This document shows positions 41,393 through 50,804 of a stretch of DNA of 64,000 nt, piece after piece (the stretch's first letter is position 1; each line of letters starts with the position of its first letter). Under the pieces are notes generated by a model. The model was not told the DNA's origin and did no database searches. It saw only the letters and a list, made by a program, of their open reading frames with translations. A program made the translations under genes and the position numbers. Source of the DNA: Candidatus Latescibacterota bacterium (GTDB lineage: Bacteria; Latescibacterota; UBA2968; UBA8231); contig OZ242214.1 of the NCBI GenBank assembly GCA_965206595.1, forward strand, positions 2,336,001 to 2,400,000. The letters are read 5' to 3'.

Positions 41393-42204
41393 TCGCGACG
41401 ACGATCGCAGTCAGCGAAGATCAGGTGGCGTTCTTCCGCGAGCACGGCTACCTCGTGCTCGAGGCGATCACGACGCCGGAGGAGGTGGCGGAGCTGCGCG
41501 CCATCTGCGACCGGCTGTTCGCCGAGCAGGCCGGCAGGAAGGAAGGGAACCAGTACGACCTCGCCGGCACCGACGAGGAGGACCTGCCCGCCCGCCTGCC
41601 GCAGATCGTCAACCCCGTCAACTACGACCCCGGGCTCCGGGACACCCTGTTCCGCGCCAACGCCGCCGCGGTCGGCAGGGGCCTGCTCGGGGAGGATGCC
41701 GGGTTCCAGGGAGAGCACGCCATCGTCAAGCCGCCCGGGATCGGCGGCCCCGCCCCGTGGCACCAGGACGAGGCGTACTGGAAGGAGGAGCTGGAGTACG
41801 ACAGTCTCAGCGTCTGGCTCGCCCTGCAGGACACGACGGTGGAAAACGGCTGCATGCAGTTCATACCCGGCAGCCACGAGCTGGAGGTCCTCCCCCACCA
41901 CACCATCGGCCGCGACCCGAGGATCCACGGCCTCGAGGTGGACGAGGTCGATCCCTCCGCCGCGGTCCCCTGCCCGGTTCCGGCCGGCGGGGCGACCATC
42001 CACCACTGCCGCACCCTGCATTTCTCCGGCCCCAACCGCACCGGCGATACGCGGCGGGCCTACATCCACACCTGGGCCGCCCCGTACAGGAAGCGGGAGG
42101 CGCCGCGCGACTTCTACTGGCAGCGGAGCCGCAGGACCGCCCGCGATGAGCGGCGCCGCCAGACGGGAACCGTATCGGTCTCTTCAGGGCGGGTCACGGA
42201 CTGA
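41389..42204 (+). CDS. PhyH-family dioxygenase
   Basis: FFREHGY, WHQD, NGCMQFIPGSH, TLH. Confidence 0.92.
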   Translation: MIATTIAVSEDQVAFFREHGYLVLEAITTPEEVAELRAICDRLFAEQAGRKEGNQYDLAGTDEEDLPARLPQIVNPVNYDPGLRDTLFRANAAAVGRGLLGEDAGFQGEHAIVKPPGIGGPAPWHQDEAYWKEELEYDSLSVWLALQDTTVENGCMQFIPGSHELEVLPHHTIGRDPRIHGLEVDEVDPSAAVPCPVPAGGATIHHCRTLHFSGPNRTGDTRRAYIHTWAAPYRKREAPRDFYWQRSRRTARDERRRQTGTVSVSSGRVTD

Positions 42205-42217
42205 AGGGGCCGCGCCC

Positions 42218-43033
42218 TCAGTTGGCGCGGAAGGCGATCTCCTCCCGTTCCTTCCCGGCCCCCGGCGCGGCCATGAAACCCCAGCGCTCGAGCTGCTCGA
42301 GCCAGCCGGCGCGCTTCCCGCTGTTGCCGGGATTCGACGCCCAGTGCGGGTTGACGAACGGCTTCGGGGCCAGGGCCTCAAGGCAGTTCCCGGCCCGCCA
42401 GCGCATCCCCTTCTCCTCTTCCGGGGTTTCCGGGCTCTTGTAGTAGACGACCGTGCACATGCGCCGGCCCGCGGCGCCGCCGCAGCTGGCGTGCCACAGG
42501 CGCACGTCGAACCCGACCAGGTCCCCCGGCTGCGACGCGCAGACGTGGCTGGGCACCTCGCGGATCTCCGCCTCGCGGGTGTTGGCGTTGTCGACCGCGG
42601 TCCAGAACGGGTTCCGGTGGGAACCGGGGATCACCCGCAGGGCTCCCGACTCGGGCCCGACCGCATCGAGGTAGTAGGCGAACTTGATGCCGTAGCAGTC
42701 CTTCTCGACGTCGATGTAGTGGTCCGGGTGCCAGCGCGAGTCGCCGACGTAGCGGTTGGCGTCGCTGGTGATCGGGAAGCAGTCCCCGTAGAGCTGCTCG
42801 GCGATCCCGTACAGCCGCGGGTTCTCGGGGAGGCCGGCGAAGAATGGGGTCTCCTCCCCGGTCAGTATGGCGGAGTGCCGCTTGCTGCCGTCGAACGGGT
42901 CGTCGGCGTACAGGGCGTCGAGGGCGGTCTCGAACTCGTTGCTTGCCGTCTCCAGCTCGGCCGGCGAGAAGAACTGCCGCAGTACGATGAAACCGAAGGT
43001 CTCGAAGTGCCGGTGCTGTTCCTGGGTGAGCAT
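42218..43033 (-). CDS. PhyH-family dioxygenase
   Basis: FETFGF, WHPD, GALRVIPGSH, LWHAS. Confidence 0.92.
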   Translation of the reverse strand: MLTQEQHRHFETFGFIVLRQFFSPAELETASNEFETALDALYADDPFDGSKRHSAILTGEETPFFAGLPENPRLYGIAEQLYGDCFPITSDANRYVGDSRWHPDHYIDVEKDCYGIKFAYYLDAVGPESGALRVIPGSHRNPFWTAVDNANTREAEIREVPSHVCASQPGDLVGFDVRLWHASCGGAAGRRMCTVVYYKSPETPEEEKGMRWRAGNCLEALAPKPFVNPHWASNPGNSGKRAGWLEQLERWGFMAAPGAGKEREEIAFRAN

Positions 43034-43301
43034 CTCCCTGCTCCTTTCGACGCTGGTAATTCCTGACGTTCCTTGTATGCCGGGGGGGGAAAAGGAAACG
43101 GCTCGGGCGCGGAAAGTCACTGAGGAGAAGCCATCCGACTGCGGAAGCCCCCGGAGGGGCCTGAAGGCCTGACAGTTCCCGGTAGTCCCTTGTGCAACAG
43201 AGTCCGATTCAGGCAACGGCGGCTGCTTGTCGCGGCCTGCTCCCCTGCCCACTATTGGCCGCCGTGCCAACTCGACGAGAGCCGTAGAAAGGGGGAGAAC
43301 C

Positions 43302-44765
43302 GTGACCAGCATCCGCGAGCAGTTCGCCGGCGACCGCCACCGACCGGTCTACCACTTCGTCCCTCCCAGAAACTGGACCAACGACCCGACCGGCACCTTC
43401 CAGGCCGACGGGCTGTTCCACCTCTTCTACCAGTACCGTGACGCCCCCTCCCCCGAGGGCCCGGGCGGCTGGGGCACCTGGTGCCATGCCGCGACCGAGG
43501 ATTTCATCCACTGGATCGACTACCCGGTGGCGCTCGAACACGAGGAGGGAGGGCCCGACCACGTCGGCTGCTGGAGCGGCGGCGCCTTCGAGCGCGACGG
43601 CTCCCACACCCTGATCTACTGGGGCAATCCGGGCGGCATCTGCCTGGCCACCAGCGACGACGGGTACCGCACCTGGGGCAAGCACCCGCGCAACCCCGTG
43701 ATCGAGCTGCCGGAGGAGCCGGTAGAGTGGAGGCTCCACGACCCCTGCGCCTGGCGGGATGGGGAGTGGTTCTACATGGCCAGCGGCTCCCAGATCGGCA
43801 AGCCGCGCGCCATCGGCACCTCGCGGGACGCCGGTTTCCTGTTCCGCTCGCGCGACGCCGTCGACTGGGAGTACGCCGGCCTGCTCTACGAACCGGGCGG
43901 GGAGAGCGACCTCGCCGTGCCCAGCTTCTTCCCGTTCGGCGACGAGCACATGCTGCTGTTCGCCAGCCACAGCCGCGGGGCACAGTACTACCTCGGCCCC
44001 TACGCGAACGGCCGCTTCGAGCGCCGGGTGCACGGCCGCTTCAACTACACCAGCTGGGAGCCGGGGCAGGCCATGCACGTCTGCGGCGACTCGATCGCCC
44101 CCAGCTCCTGGCTGGCCCCGGACGGGCGCCGCATCGCCATCGCCTGGATCGCCGAGGGCCGCACTCCCGAGGCGATGGCGAAGGCAGGCTGGGCGGGCAT
44201 CATGTCGCTTCCGTGGGAGATGAGGCCGGGTCCGGACGGCACCGTGCGCGTGGCGCCGGTGCAGGAGCTGGAGGGGTTGAGGGGGATGCACCGCAGCCTG
44301 GAGGGAGCCTTCGCCGACGACGGCGAGCAGATCCTTCCCGGGATCGCCGGGGACACCATCGAGCTGAGGGCGGAGATCGATCCGGGCAGCGCCGAGCAGG
44401 TCGGTCTCAAGCTGCGCTGCGATCTCGACGGCCAGGAGGAGACGGTGGTGACCTGGGACCGCGGTTCGTCGCGGATAGAACTGGACGTTTCCCGTTCGAG
44501 CACCGACCCCGGGTTCGTCGGCCGCGACCCGCAGGTCGCCGGCCTCGACCACGACCCGGAGCAGCCGCTGCTGCTGCGGATCTTCCTCGACCGCTCGGTG
44601 GTCGAGGTCTTCGCCGGGGACCGCGTGCTGCTGACCAAGCGGATCTACCCGCAGCGGGCCGACAGCATCGGCACCCGCTTCTTCGCCCGGGGGGGGAGGG
44701 CGAGCCTGCGGACGCTCTACTCCTGGCAGCTCAGGCCCTGCCGCTACTCCAGCCTCGAAACTTAG
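43302..44765 (+). CDS. Glycoside hydrolase family 32-like protein (acid/base motif altered)
   Basis: RPVYHF, WTNDP, WSG, HDP, DRSVVEVF; DLAVPSFF where WECPDFF is expected. Confidence 0.85.
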   Translation: MTSIREQFAGDRHRPVYHFVPPRNWTNDPTGTFQADGLFHLFYQYRDAPSPEGPGGWGTWCHAATEDFIHWIDYPVALEHEEGGPDHVGCWSGGAFERDGSHTLIYWGNPGGICLATSDDGYRTWGKHPRNPVIELPEEPVEWRLHDPCAWRDGEWFYMASGSQIGKPRAIGTSRDAGFLFRSRDAVDWEYAGLLYEPGGESDLAVPSFFPFGDEHMLLFASHSRGAQYYLGPYANGRFERRVHGRFNYTSWEPGQAMHVCGDSIAPSSWLAPDGRRIAIAWIAEGRTPEAMAKAGWAGIMSLPWEMRPGPDGTVRVAPVQELEGLRGMHRSLEGAFADDGEQILPGIAGDTIELRAEIDPGSAEQVGLKLRCDLDGQEETVVTWDRGSSRIELDVSRSSTDPGFVGRDPQVAGLDHDPEQPLLLRIFLDRSVVEVFAGDRVLLTKRIYPQRADSIGTRFFARGGRASLRTLYSWQLRPCRYSSLET

Positions 44766-44833
44766 CCTGCCTCTCCCGCCCGCAGAACCGGCTCGGCCAG
44801 GTCCATGCGGGGGATGGCGCCGGTAGCGGCGGT

Positions 44834-45667
44834 TCAGTAGACGGGGAACCCCAGGACCTTGCGCTGCTCCAAGGTCAGGGCGGCCAGCTCGCCGCTGTCG
44901 AGCGCCTTGACCTCGGAGTAGTCTGGCGGCGCCGGCATGATCCCGACCAGCCGCTTCGCCTCGTCCGACATGCTCGCTACCGCTTCCGGGGGCAGCAGGC
45001 GCACGCTGTCCGTCTTCCCCTTCAGCCACGGCCGCAGGTAGTAGGCGATCATCGACCAGCGCGGCCGATCGCTGCGGTTGATCCCGCCCTGGTGCCACAG
45101 GGCCGCGTCCCAGACGATGGCGGAACCGGACGGCGCTTCGATCCGCACGGTTTCCCCCGCATCGAGATCGGGGTCGGGGACCTCGCAGGACCGATGTGAC
45201 CCCGGCCACAGCCGCGTGCTGCCGTTCTCCGGAGTGAAGTCGACCAGGCACCAGACGACGTTCAGGGCCATCGGAAAGTGGGTGCCGCCGGCGAACGGCA
45301 GGACCGTGTACTCCTCGCGGTCGACGTGCACCTGGAACCCCTTGGCCGCGTCCCGCCGGCCTGTCGGCATGGGGACGCGGATGTTGCCGTCGTAGAGCAT
45401 CGCCTGCTCCCCGAGGACGGCGCGCACGATCCGCATCACCGGGGGGTTGAGGTAGAACTCGTGGAAGTGAGGGTGCTTGCCGACGATGGCGTGGGCGTTG
45501 CGCAGGTTGTCGGTCTGCGTTCCCGTGGTGCGCGCGACCTCCTCCTCCGCGTCGAGCAGCTCGGTCACGGCCTGGCGCGTCGCCTCGACCTCCGGTCCGG
45601 AAAGGGCATCGCTGACGATGGTGTACCCCTTCCCCGCCAGTTCCTCCAAACTCGCTTCCAGGTTCAC
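44834..45667 (-). CDS. PhyH-family dioxygenase
   Basis: VHVD, DFTPENGST..PGSH, LWH.GG.NRS. Confidence 0.92.
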   Translation of the reverse strand: MNLEASLEELAGKGYTIVSDALSGPEVEATRQAVTELLDAEEEVARTTGTQTDNLRNAHAIVGKHPHFHEFYLNPPVMRIVRAVLGEQAMLYDGNIRVPMPTGRRDAAKGFQVHVDREEYTVLPFAGGTHFPMALNVVWCLVDFTPENGSTRLWPGSHRSCEVPDPDLDAGETVRIEAPSGSAIVWDAALWHQGGINRSDRPRWSMIAYYLRPWLKGKTDSVRLLPPEAVASMSDEAKRLVGIMPAPPDYSEVKALDSGELAALTLEQRKVLGFPVY

Positions 45668-46632
45668 GGGGCTCCTCCCAGCTCCCGCGCCAGCTCGCGG
45701 GCGCGCTCCAGAGTGGTGCTCCGCTCCTCCAGCATGCGCCGGCGAATCTCGCCGATCAGCTCCGGTTCCGCCCGGGTCGTGACCCAGAGCGCCCGGCCTG
45801 AGAGTACCTCGTCGATCTGCTGCGCCGTGCGCCGCACTTCGGGCCCGGGGGTGTGCGCCAGCCAGCTGGCGCTGTCCTCGGCGGGCTGATAGCGGAAGTC
45901 GCAGGAGAGCCGGATCCGGTCGGAGCGGTTGGGCAGACCGCGATGGGCGGTGCGGCAGTGGAAGAGGACGGCGCTGCCGGGAACGAAGTCCCCCGTCGCC
46001 CAGGACAGCTCAGAGGGATCGAGGCCGTACCCGGCTTCCCGGCCCTGCTGTCCGGAGGAGGAGGCGACGGTGCCGGCGCTCTGCAGCAGCCCGAGCCGGT
46101 GCGATCCCGGGGCGATCGCGAGCCCTCCAACCGCAGCGTCGATCTCCATCAGCGAGATCCAGCAGGTGTAGAAGCGGCCGGCCCGGTACCCCAGCTTCGG
46201 GTCGCCGTCTTGGTGGGCGCCGACCCCCTGGGCAGCTTCGGCTTCCGGGTCGGGGTAAACCAGGCGGATCAGCTGCTGCTCCCAGACCTGGACCGGCCCC
46301 GCGCACACCGCCTCGAGGAGGGCGACGACTTCCGGGGATGTGGCCAGCTCGCGGAACGACTCGAGGCGGACGATGCGGCCGTACACGGCCATGTACTCCG
46401 CTTCCGTCGGCTGCGGTCCCCCGCTCCACACCGGGTCGGGGGCGCCGTCCTCCTCGATGATGAACCGCTCCCGCAGGATGGCCATGATGTCCCGCTTGAC
46501 CGCGGTGGCCCGGTCCGCGTCGACCAACCGTGGAAAGAACAGGTAGCCGTCGCTCTCCATGCGCTCGCGCAGCCGCGCGGCATCGCGCAGAAGCTCCGTC
46601 GAATCGACCATCTTGGCAGGATCACCGGGCAT
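45664..46632 (-). CDS. PhyH-family dioxygenase
   Basis: DGYLFF, AHQD, GGLAIAPGSH, TAHRGLPN...RLSCDFRY. Confidence 0.9.
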   Translation of the reverse strand: MPGDPAKMVDSTELLRDAARLRERMESDGYLFFPRLVDADRATAVKRDIMAILRERFIIEEDGAPDPVWSGGPQPTEAEYMAVYGRIVRLESFRELATSPEVVALLEAVCAGPVQVWEQQLIRLVYPDPEAEAAQGVGAHQDGDPKLGYRAGRFYTCWISLMEIDAAVGGLAIAPGSHRLGLLQSAGTVASSSGQQGREAGYGLDPSELSWATGDFVPGSAVLFHCRTAHRGLPNRSDRIRLSCDFRYQPAEDSASWLAHTPGPEVRRTAQQIDEVLSGRALWVTTRAEPELIGEIRRRMLEERSTTLERARELARELGGAP

Positions 46633-46653
46633 CGGTCGCGGCCTCCGCAAAGC

Positions 46654-47607
46654 TCAGTTGCGCCAGCCGCCCGCCTCGTAGAACTCGCGCGACTGGTCGA
46701 CGGTGCGCTCCGTTTCCTTGAGGAACCCGAGCAGGCCCCTGAGAACCTCGGCCAGGTCGGGACGCCCCCCATCACCTGCCGAAGCTCCTTCCGGCAGGTA
46801 GGGATTTCCCGGGGCGCTCTGCAGGATCGCCTGGGTGGTCTTGGGCATGTAGGTGCACAGGTATCCCTCGTAGCCGATCCCCTTGAGGATGCGGAAGATC
46901 TCCCGGTAGTCGGCGTGGCCGGTCCCGTGCTGGCAGTGGTTGGTCTCGTTGAGGTGGAAGTGCCGGATGCGCGAGCCGGCGTAGCGCAGCGCGTCGGGGA
47001 TCGAGCCCTCCTCGACGTTCATGTGATAGACGTCGGGCTGCACCCCGAGATCGAGCCCCAGCTCGTCGACGTAGTTGACCGCCTCGTAGATCGTCGTCAG
47101 CACCCCGGGGAGGCCCTCGTAGGTGTTCAGCGGCTCCAGCAGGATGGTGATGCCGCGGCCCGCGGCGTGCTCGCAGACCGCGCGGATCGACTGCCGGAAG
47201 TTGTCGCGCAGCCTCTCCACCGGCTCCAGGGGAAACGGCAGCTGCGGGACCGCGGGCTGGGCCGCGCACAGCTGGGTGAAGCTCGCCCCGGCATCCACCG
47301 CCAGGTCTACAGTGTCCCGTGCGTACTGCACGGCGCGGCCCCTGATCTCCGGGTCGGAGCTGGCGAGGTTGCGCTCCTCGCCGGCGTGGTAGTAGCCCCA
47401 GGCCGCCAGGACCTCCGGGACGACGAGGCCGGCCTCCTCCACCCGCCGGCGCCAGGCGCGGCCGTCCATCTTCTCCGGGTTGCCCGGCAGGTCGACGCCG
47501 TCGTACCCGGCCTCCGCGGCGGCCTGCAGAACCACATCCGGTTCCTCGAGGAGGTTGTACCCGACCCAGGGAAGGGTGTCGCACTGCAAGCTGTATTTGA
47601 AAGCCAT
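46654..47607 (-). CDS. Sugar phosphate isomerase/epimerase (ketose 3-epimerase-like TIM barrel)
   Basis: EPLNTYE, DVYHM, HFHLNE. Confidence 0.85.
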   Translation of the reverse strand: MAFKYSLQCDTLPWVGYNLLEEPDVVLQAAAEAGYDGVDLPGNPEKMDGRAWRRRVEEAGLVVPEVLAAWGYYHAGEERNLASSDPEIRGRAVQYARDTVDLAVDAGASFTQLCAAQPAVPQLPFPLEPVERLRDNFRQSIRAVCEHAAGRGITILLEPLNTYEGLPGVLTTIYEAVNYVDELGLDLGVQPDVYHMNVEEGSIPDALRYAGSRIRHFHLNETNHCQHGTGHADYREIFRILKGIGYEGYLCTYMPKTTQAILQSAPGNPYLPEGASAGDGGRPDLAEVLRGLLGFLKETERTVDQSREFYEAGGWRN

Positions 47608-47735
47608 GTCGTCAGGAATCTCCTTTGGTTTTGGAGCGGTCGTCGATCAAACGGCTGGAGCCGCTTCCGCGCGACCGCCGCTGCGGGCACGCGGCAAAAG
47701 CTCCCGGGTTGGAAGAAAAACCTGAGTTCGTGATG

Positions 47736-47947
47736 AAATAAGACAAAATGGGACAGAATAAGACAGAACATTCATAACTGATTGATTTCTCATTGTTTAT
47801 ATCGTCATCCAAAAACCCGGGAAGCCGGAATAGGACAGAATAAGACAGAATAAGACATGTGAGGCATAACTGATTGATTTTACTTTGCTTATATCGTTCT
47901 CAAAGAATCCGGTTCCGGAATGGGACGGAATAAGACAGAATGAGCCG
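47736..47947. repeat. AT-rich ~91-bp tandem unit: three triads of decamer GAATAAGACA alternating with two IHF-consensus sites
   Basis: Decamers at 47736/46/56, 47828/38/48, 47918/28/38; CATAACTGATTGATTT at 47773 and 47865 (reverse complement contains AATCAAtcagTTA). Confidence 0.85.
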
Positions 47948-47966
47948 AATCCATGGCGGAAAGGGA

Positions 47967-49406
47967 CTATTGGCGCTTCCACCGCGCACCTCGGCCATGG
48001 CCCTCACACATCGCCAGGCCGAGTGTCCGCAAGATCCGCAAGTCGTCGCGCACCTGCCGCTCGGTAGGTGAATTCTCCAGTTGGGGGATGATCTCGCGCA
48101 AAGCGTATCCGGTGCGCGCTCCCGCAAGCAGGGACAGAATGGCCCTCTGGCGTTCGGTCACCTCCCGTTCGACACGCCTCGGCACGTAGGACTCCGGCCT
48201 GAACCGAACGGTGACGCATCCGCCGGCGTCCTCGATCTCCGGCGCCGGCAGTCCGGCGTTCGTCGTCAGTTCCCGCATCTTGATCGTCCCCCGCCCCCAC
48301 TGCTCGATGATTCCGCAACGGTAGAAGGCTTGCGCGATAAGGGGATTCCAGGGCAGGGACTCATGAGGCTCGAACAACGATTCCGCGGTGAGCCCGAAGT
48401 GCAGGGTTCCCGACGAGGTCACTTCGAGGCGGTCGTCGTAAATCGCCGCGGCAACCGACCCTCCTCCAATCGAGTAGTCCCGGTGACAGATGGCGTTCGC
48501 AAGGGCCTCCCGCAACGCTTCGGGAGGATAGAGCGGATCGTCCACCCGTTCGAACAGGCCCGGCTCGATACGTCCTGCTATGGGCAGATTCTCACGGAAG
48601 AAACGCTCCGCCCTGTTCAGCAGTTCGAAGGCATTGCCGTGAAACTGCCGGTTGTCCAGAAACTCGGTACGGTCCGTACCGCGGAACTTCGCCACCCGCA
48701 GCATGCACTGCGTGTACTCCCTCTCAACACGGTCCGGCCGGCCGAACAGTACGACCGCCGCTCGCAACAGGCGGTCTCCACGGATCAGGCCGAACCCACG
48801 CAGCAGCGCCGCCGGATCACGGGTTCCAGGATCGCCCGCGCGCCCGCGCCGGATCGCTTCCTCGAGGGTTCGAACGATCTCGTCGCGGTCGAGATCGTCG
48901 ACTCCCCATCCCGGGGCAGGTTCGTTCTCCCAACGTCGTTCTCCGTGCAGGCGTTCGAGGAGGACCTGGTTGTACTGGTCCCGCGACATGGCCTGATTGG
49001 TGTTGGCCACCCTGCGCCAAGCCCTCCCACGGTGACTGTACGGCTGGTTCTGTCCTTTCGAGACGGTAACCACCACGACCTCCCTTCCACCGCGCACGGT
49101 CACGCGCTCGACGGAAGGGGAGGCCGGGGGTTCGATGTTTTGCAGCTCTGCTGCCACCTCCTCAAGTGTATTGTCGCTGACAAACTGACCGATTACCCGG
49201 CCATCCGGTTGCACGCCGAACAGGACCGTGCCGCCGCGATTGTTCAGCATGGCGCATGCAGTTCTCACCCCGGTACGCAACTCGCCGGTACTGCGCTTCA
49301 GTTCCAGCGTCTCCGATTCGCCGTCAGCGGAGGGAGCTCGCCGATCAGGGAGGAGGAGGAATTCAAGTTGAAGCGCTCTTCTCCGTCGCTTCCAGCGTAT
49401 GGACAA
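47967..49406 (-). CDS. Schlafen/AlbA_2 - HATPase_c_4 - wHTH protein
   Basis: GESETLELK, AMLNNRGGTVLFGV, ALREALANAICHRDY, IEQWGRG, C-terminal wHTH; start uncertain. Confidence 0.85.
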   Translation of the reverse strand: MSIRWKRRRRALQLEFLLLPDRRAPSADGESETLELKRSTGELRTGVRTACAMLNNRGGTVLFGVQPDGRVIGQFVSDNTLEEVAAELQNIEPPASPSVERVTVRGGREVVVVTVSKGQNQPYSHRGRAWRRVANTNQAMSRDQYNQVLLERLHGERRWENEPAPGWGVDDLDRDEIVRTLEEAIRRGRAGDPGTRDPAALLRGFGLIRGDRLLRAAVVLFGRPDRVEREYTQCMLRVAKFRGTDRTEFLDNRQFHGNAFELLNRAERFFRENLPIAGRIEPGLFERVDDPLYPPEALREALANAICHRDYSIGGGSVAAAIYDDRLEVTSSGTLHFGLTAESLFEPHESLPWNPLIAQAFYRCGIIEQWGRGTIKMRELTTNAGLPAPEIEDAGGCVTVRFRPESYVPRRVEREVTERQRAILSLLAGARTGYALREIIPQLENSPTERQVRDDLRILRTLGLAMCEGHGRGARWKRQ

Positions 49407-49776
49407 CCTCTCGGGCCGCGTCCTCGGGGCTGTCCATAAAGATGTAGCGCATTGCCCTGAGCGGACCTGGAAGATCGCCGGCCTTCAATTCCTTGGCCAC
49501 GATGGGGATTACCTTCTTGCCCATGCCCAGGGAGGCACCCAGCTCAAAGTTGAACCAGGACGAATTAATGCTCCCCGGGCTGACGACGAGTACTATGTAT
49601 TCGCTGCTCCGCAGACCATTCTCAACCTTGTCTGCCCACGGCTCGCCCACAGCGACTTCTCGTTCAAAACACCAGACATTCTCTTGTCCGGCACTGAGTA
49701 GCTGATCGACGAAGCTGCGGACCCAATCGCTGTCGGAATGGATATGCGATATGAAGACTCGTGGCGATTCGCTCAT
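49363..49776 (-). CDS. Stand-alone TIR domain protein
   Basis: VFISH, VLVVSPGSINSSWFNFELGA (catalytic-position Glu), VIPI. Confidence 0.88.
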   Translation of the reverse strand: MSESPRVFISHIHSDSDWVRSFVDQLLSAGQENVWCFEREVAVGEPWADKVENGLRSSEYIVLVVSPGSINSSWFNFELGASLGMGKKVIPIVAKELKAGDLPGPLRAMRYIFMDSPEDAAREVVHTLEATEKSAST

Positions 49777-49841
49777 TGTTCCACCACCTTTTGTGCGGGT
49801 GCCTGGCTGACGAACACAAAATCTGGACTGGACTCCGACAT
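49773..49841 (-). pseudogene. 22-aa mini-ORF resembling a TIR N-terminus, ATGA-coupled to the TIR gene
   Basis: SD AGGAG; MSESSPDFVFVSQAPAQKVVEQ* vs TIR MSESPRVFISH. Confidence 0.45.
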
Positions 49842-49914
49842 CTCTCTCCTACTCGGGTAGAAACAGGTCTATGGTACAGGAGCACCGGGGGGGAGTTCAA
49901 GTTAGACCTGACGC

Positions 49915-50079
49915 ATGGCAATCAAGACTACCGTTCGTCTGACCGCGGCGGTCGAGCATTATTTCGCCGACCTTCAGAGGGGCAGCGCCAAGGGGAAGCG
50001 CTCCTGCTCCCTGCCGCAGGCCAACCAGCTGTTCCGGCCCGAAGGCGAGATGACCCCGAGCATGAGGCATCCAGGATGA
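49915..50079 (+). pseudogene. 54-aa remnant paralogous to the N-terminus of the 50805 R-M enzyme, ATGA-coupled to the PIN gene
   Basis: MAIKTTVRLTAAVEHYFADLQRGSAKGKRS vs MATTTARLTAAVEHYLTDLQRIRASGSATGERS. Confidence 0.8.
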
Positions 50080-50569
50080 ACCCCATCGCATACATCGAAA
50101 CATCGGTCCTGAGCTATCTCACTTCGCGGCCTTCCCGGACGTCATGGTCACGGCGTATCAGCAAGTGACCCGCGAGTGGTGGCGTGACGCTCGGGACAAG
50201 TTTCAGCTGATGGCGTCAGAGCTTGTTGTCGCCGAGGCCAGCGCCGGCGATGAAACCGTTGCCCGTGCCCGTCTGGCCGCGCTCGAAGCGGTCACCCTTC
50301 TCGATGCGACCGAGGATGCGGCCAACCTCACAGAGAAGTTGCTCCATCTGGGGGCGGTGCCCCGCACGGCGGCGGAAGATGCCGCTCACATTGCCATCGC
50401 GGTTACGAACGGCGCCCACTACCTTGTAACGTGGAACTTCCGGCACATCGCAAATGCCGCCATGCGCTCTCGGATCGAACGGGTGTGTCGTCAGTCCGGT
50501 TACGAGCCTCCGATCATCTGCACGCCCAACGAACTGATGGAACCCGACCATGAAACCGCCGCAGTCTGA
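50076..50569 (+). CDS. PIN-domain (VapC-like) toxin; 1-nt frameshift near 50137 (likely an error)
   Basis: YIETSVLSYL, DAAHIAIA, LVTWNFRHIAN, ICTPNEL. Confidence 0.85.
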
Positions 50570-50744
50570 CCCCGTCATCGCCGAAGTCCGGGCAGTACGA
50601 GAGCAACACGCGGCCCGGTTTGACTACGACGTCAGGGCGATCTTCAGAGACATCCGAGCCAGACAAGAGGCTTCCGGCCGCAAGTACGTCCGCTATCCTT
50701 CCCGCCGCACAGTTCCCGAGTCCCAAGTTCAGACGACGGGTTGA
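50550..50744 (+). CDS. Small PIN-associated putative antitoxin
   Basis: DPVIAEVRAVREQHAARFDYD; overlaps the PIN stop. Confidence 0.7.
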   Translation: MKPPQSDPVIAEVRAVREQHAARFDYDVRAIFRDIRARQEASGRKYVRYPSRRTVPESQVQTTG

Positions 50745-50804
50745 CGCGGCCTCGGCCGCTGGCAACAACAGCGGAATCGCGGCCATTCTGAGAGATCCTC
50801 CATC

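Noticed and set aside
47736-47947. CRISPR array or coding repeat
   Set aside because: No unique spacers between constant repeats, no cas genes, no credible ORF
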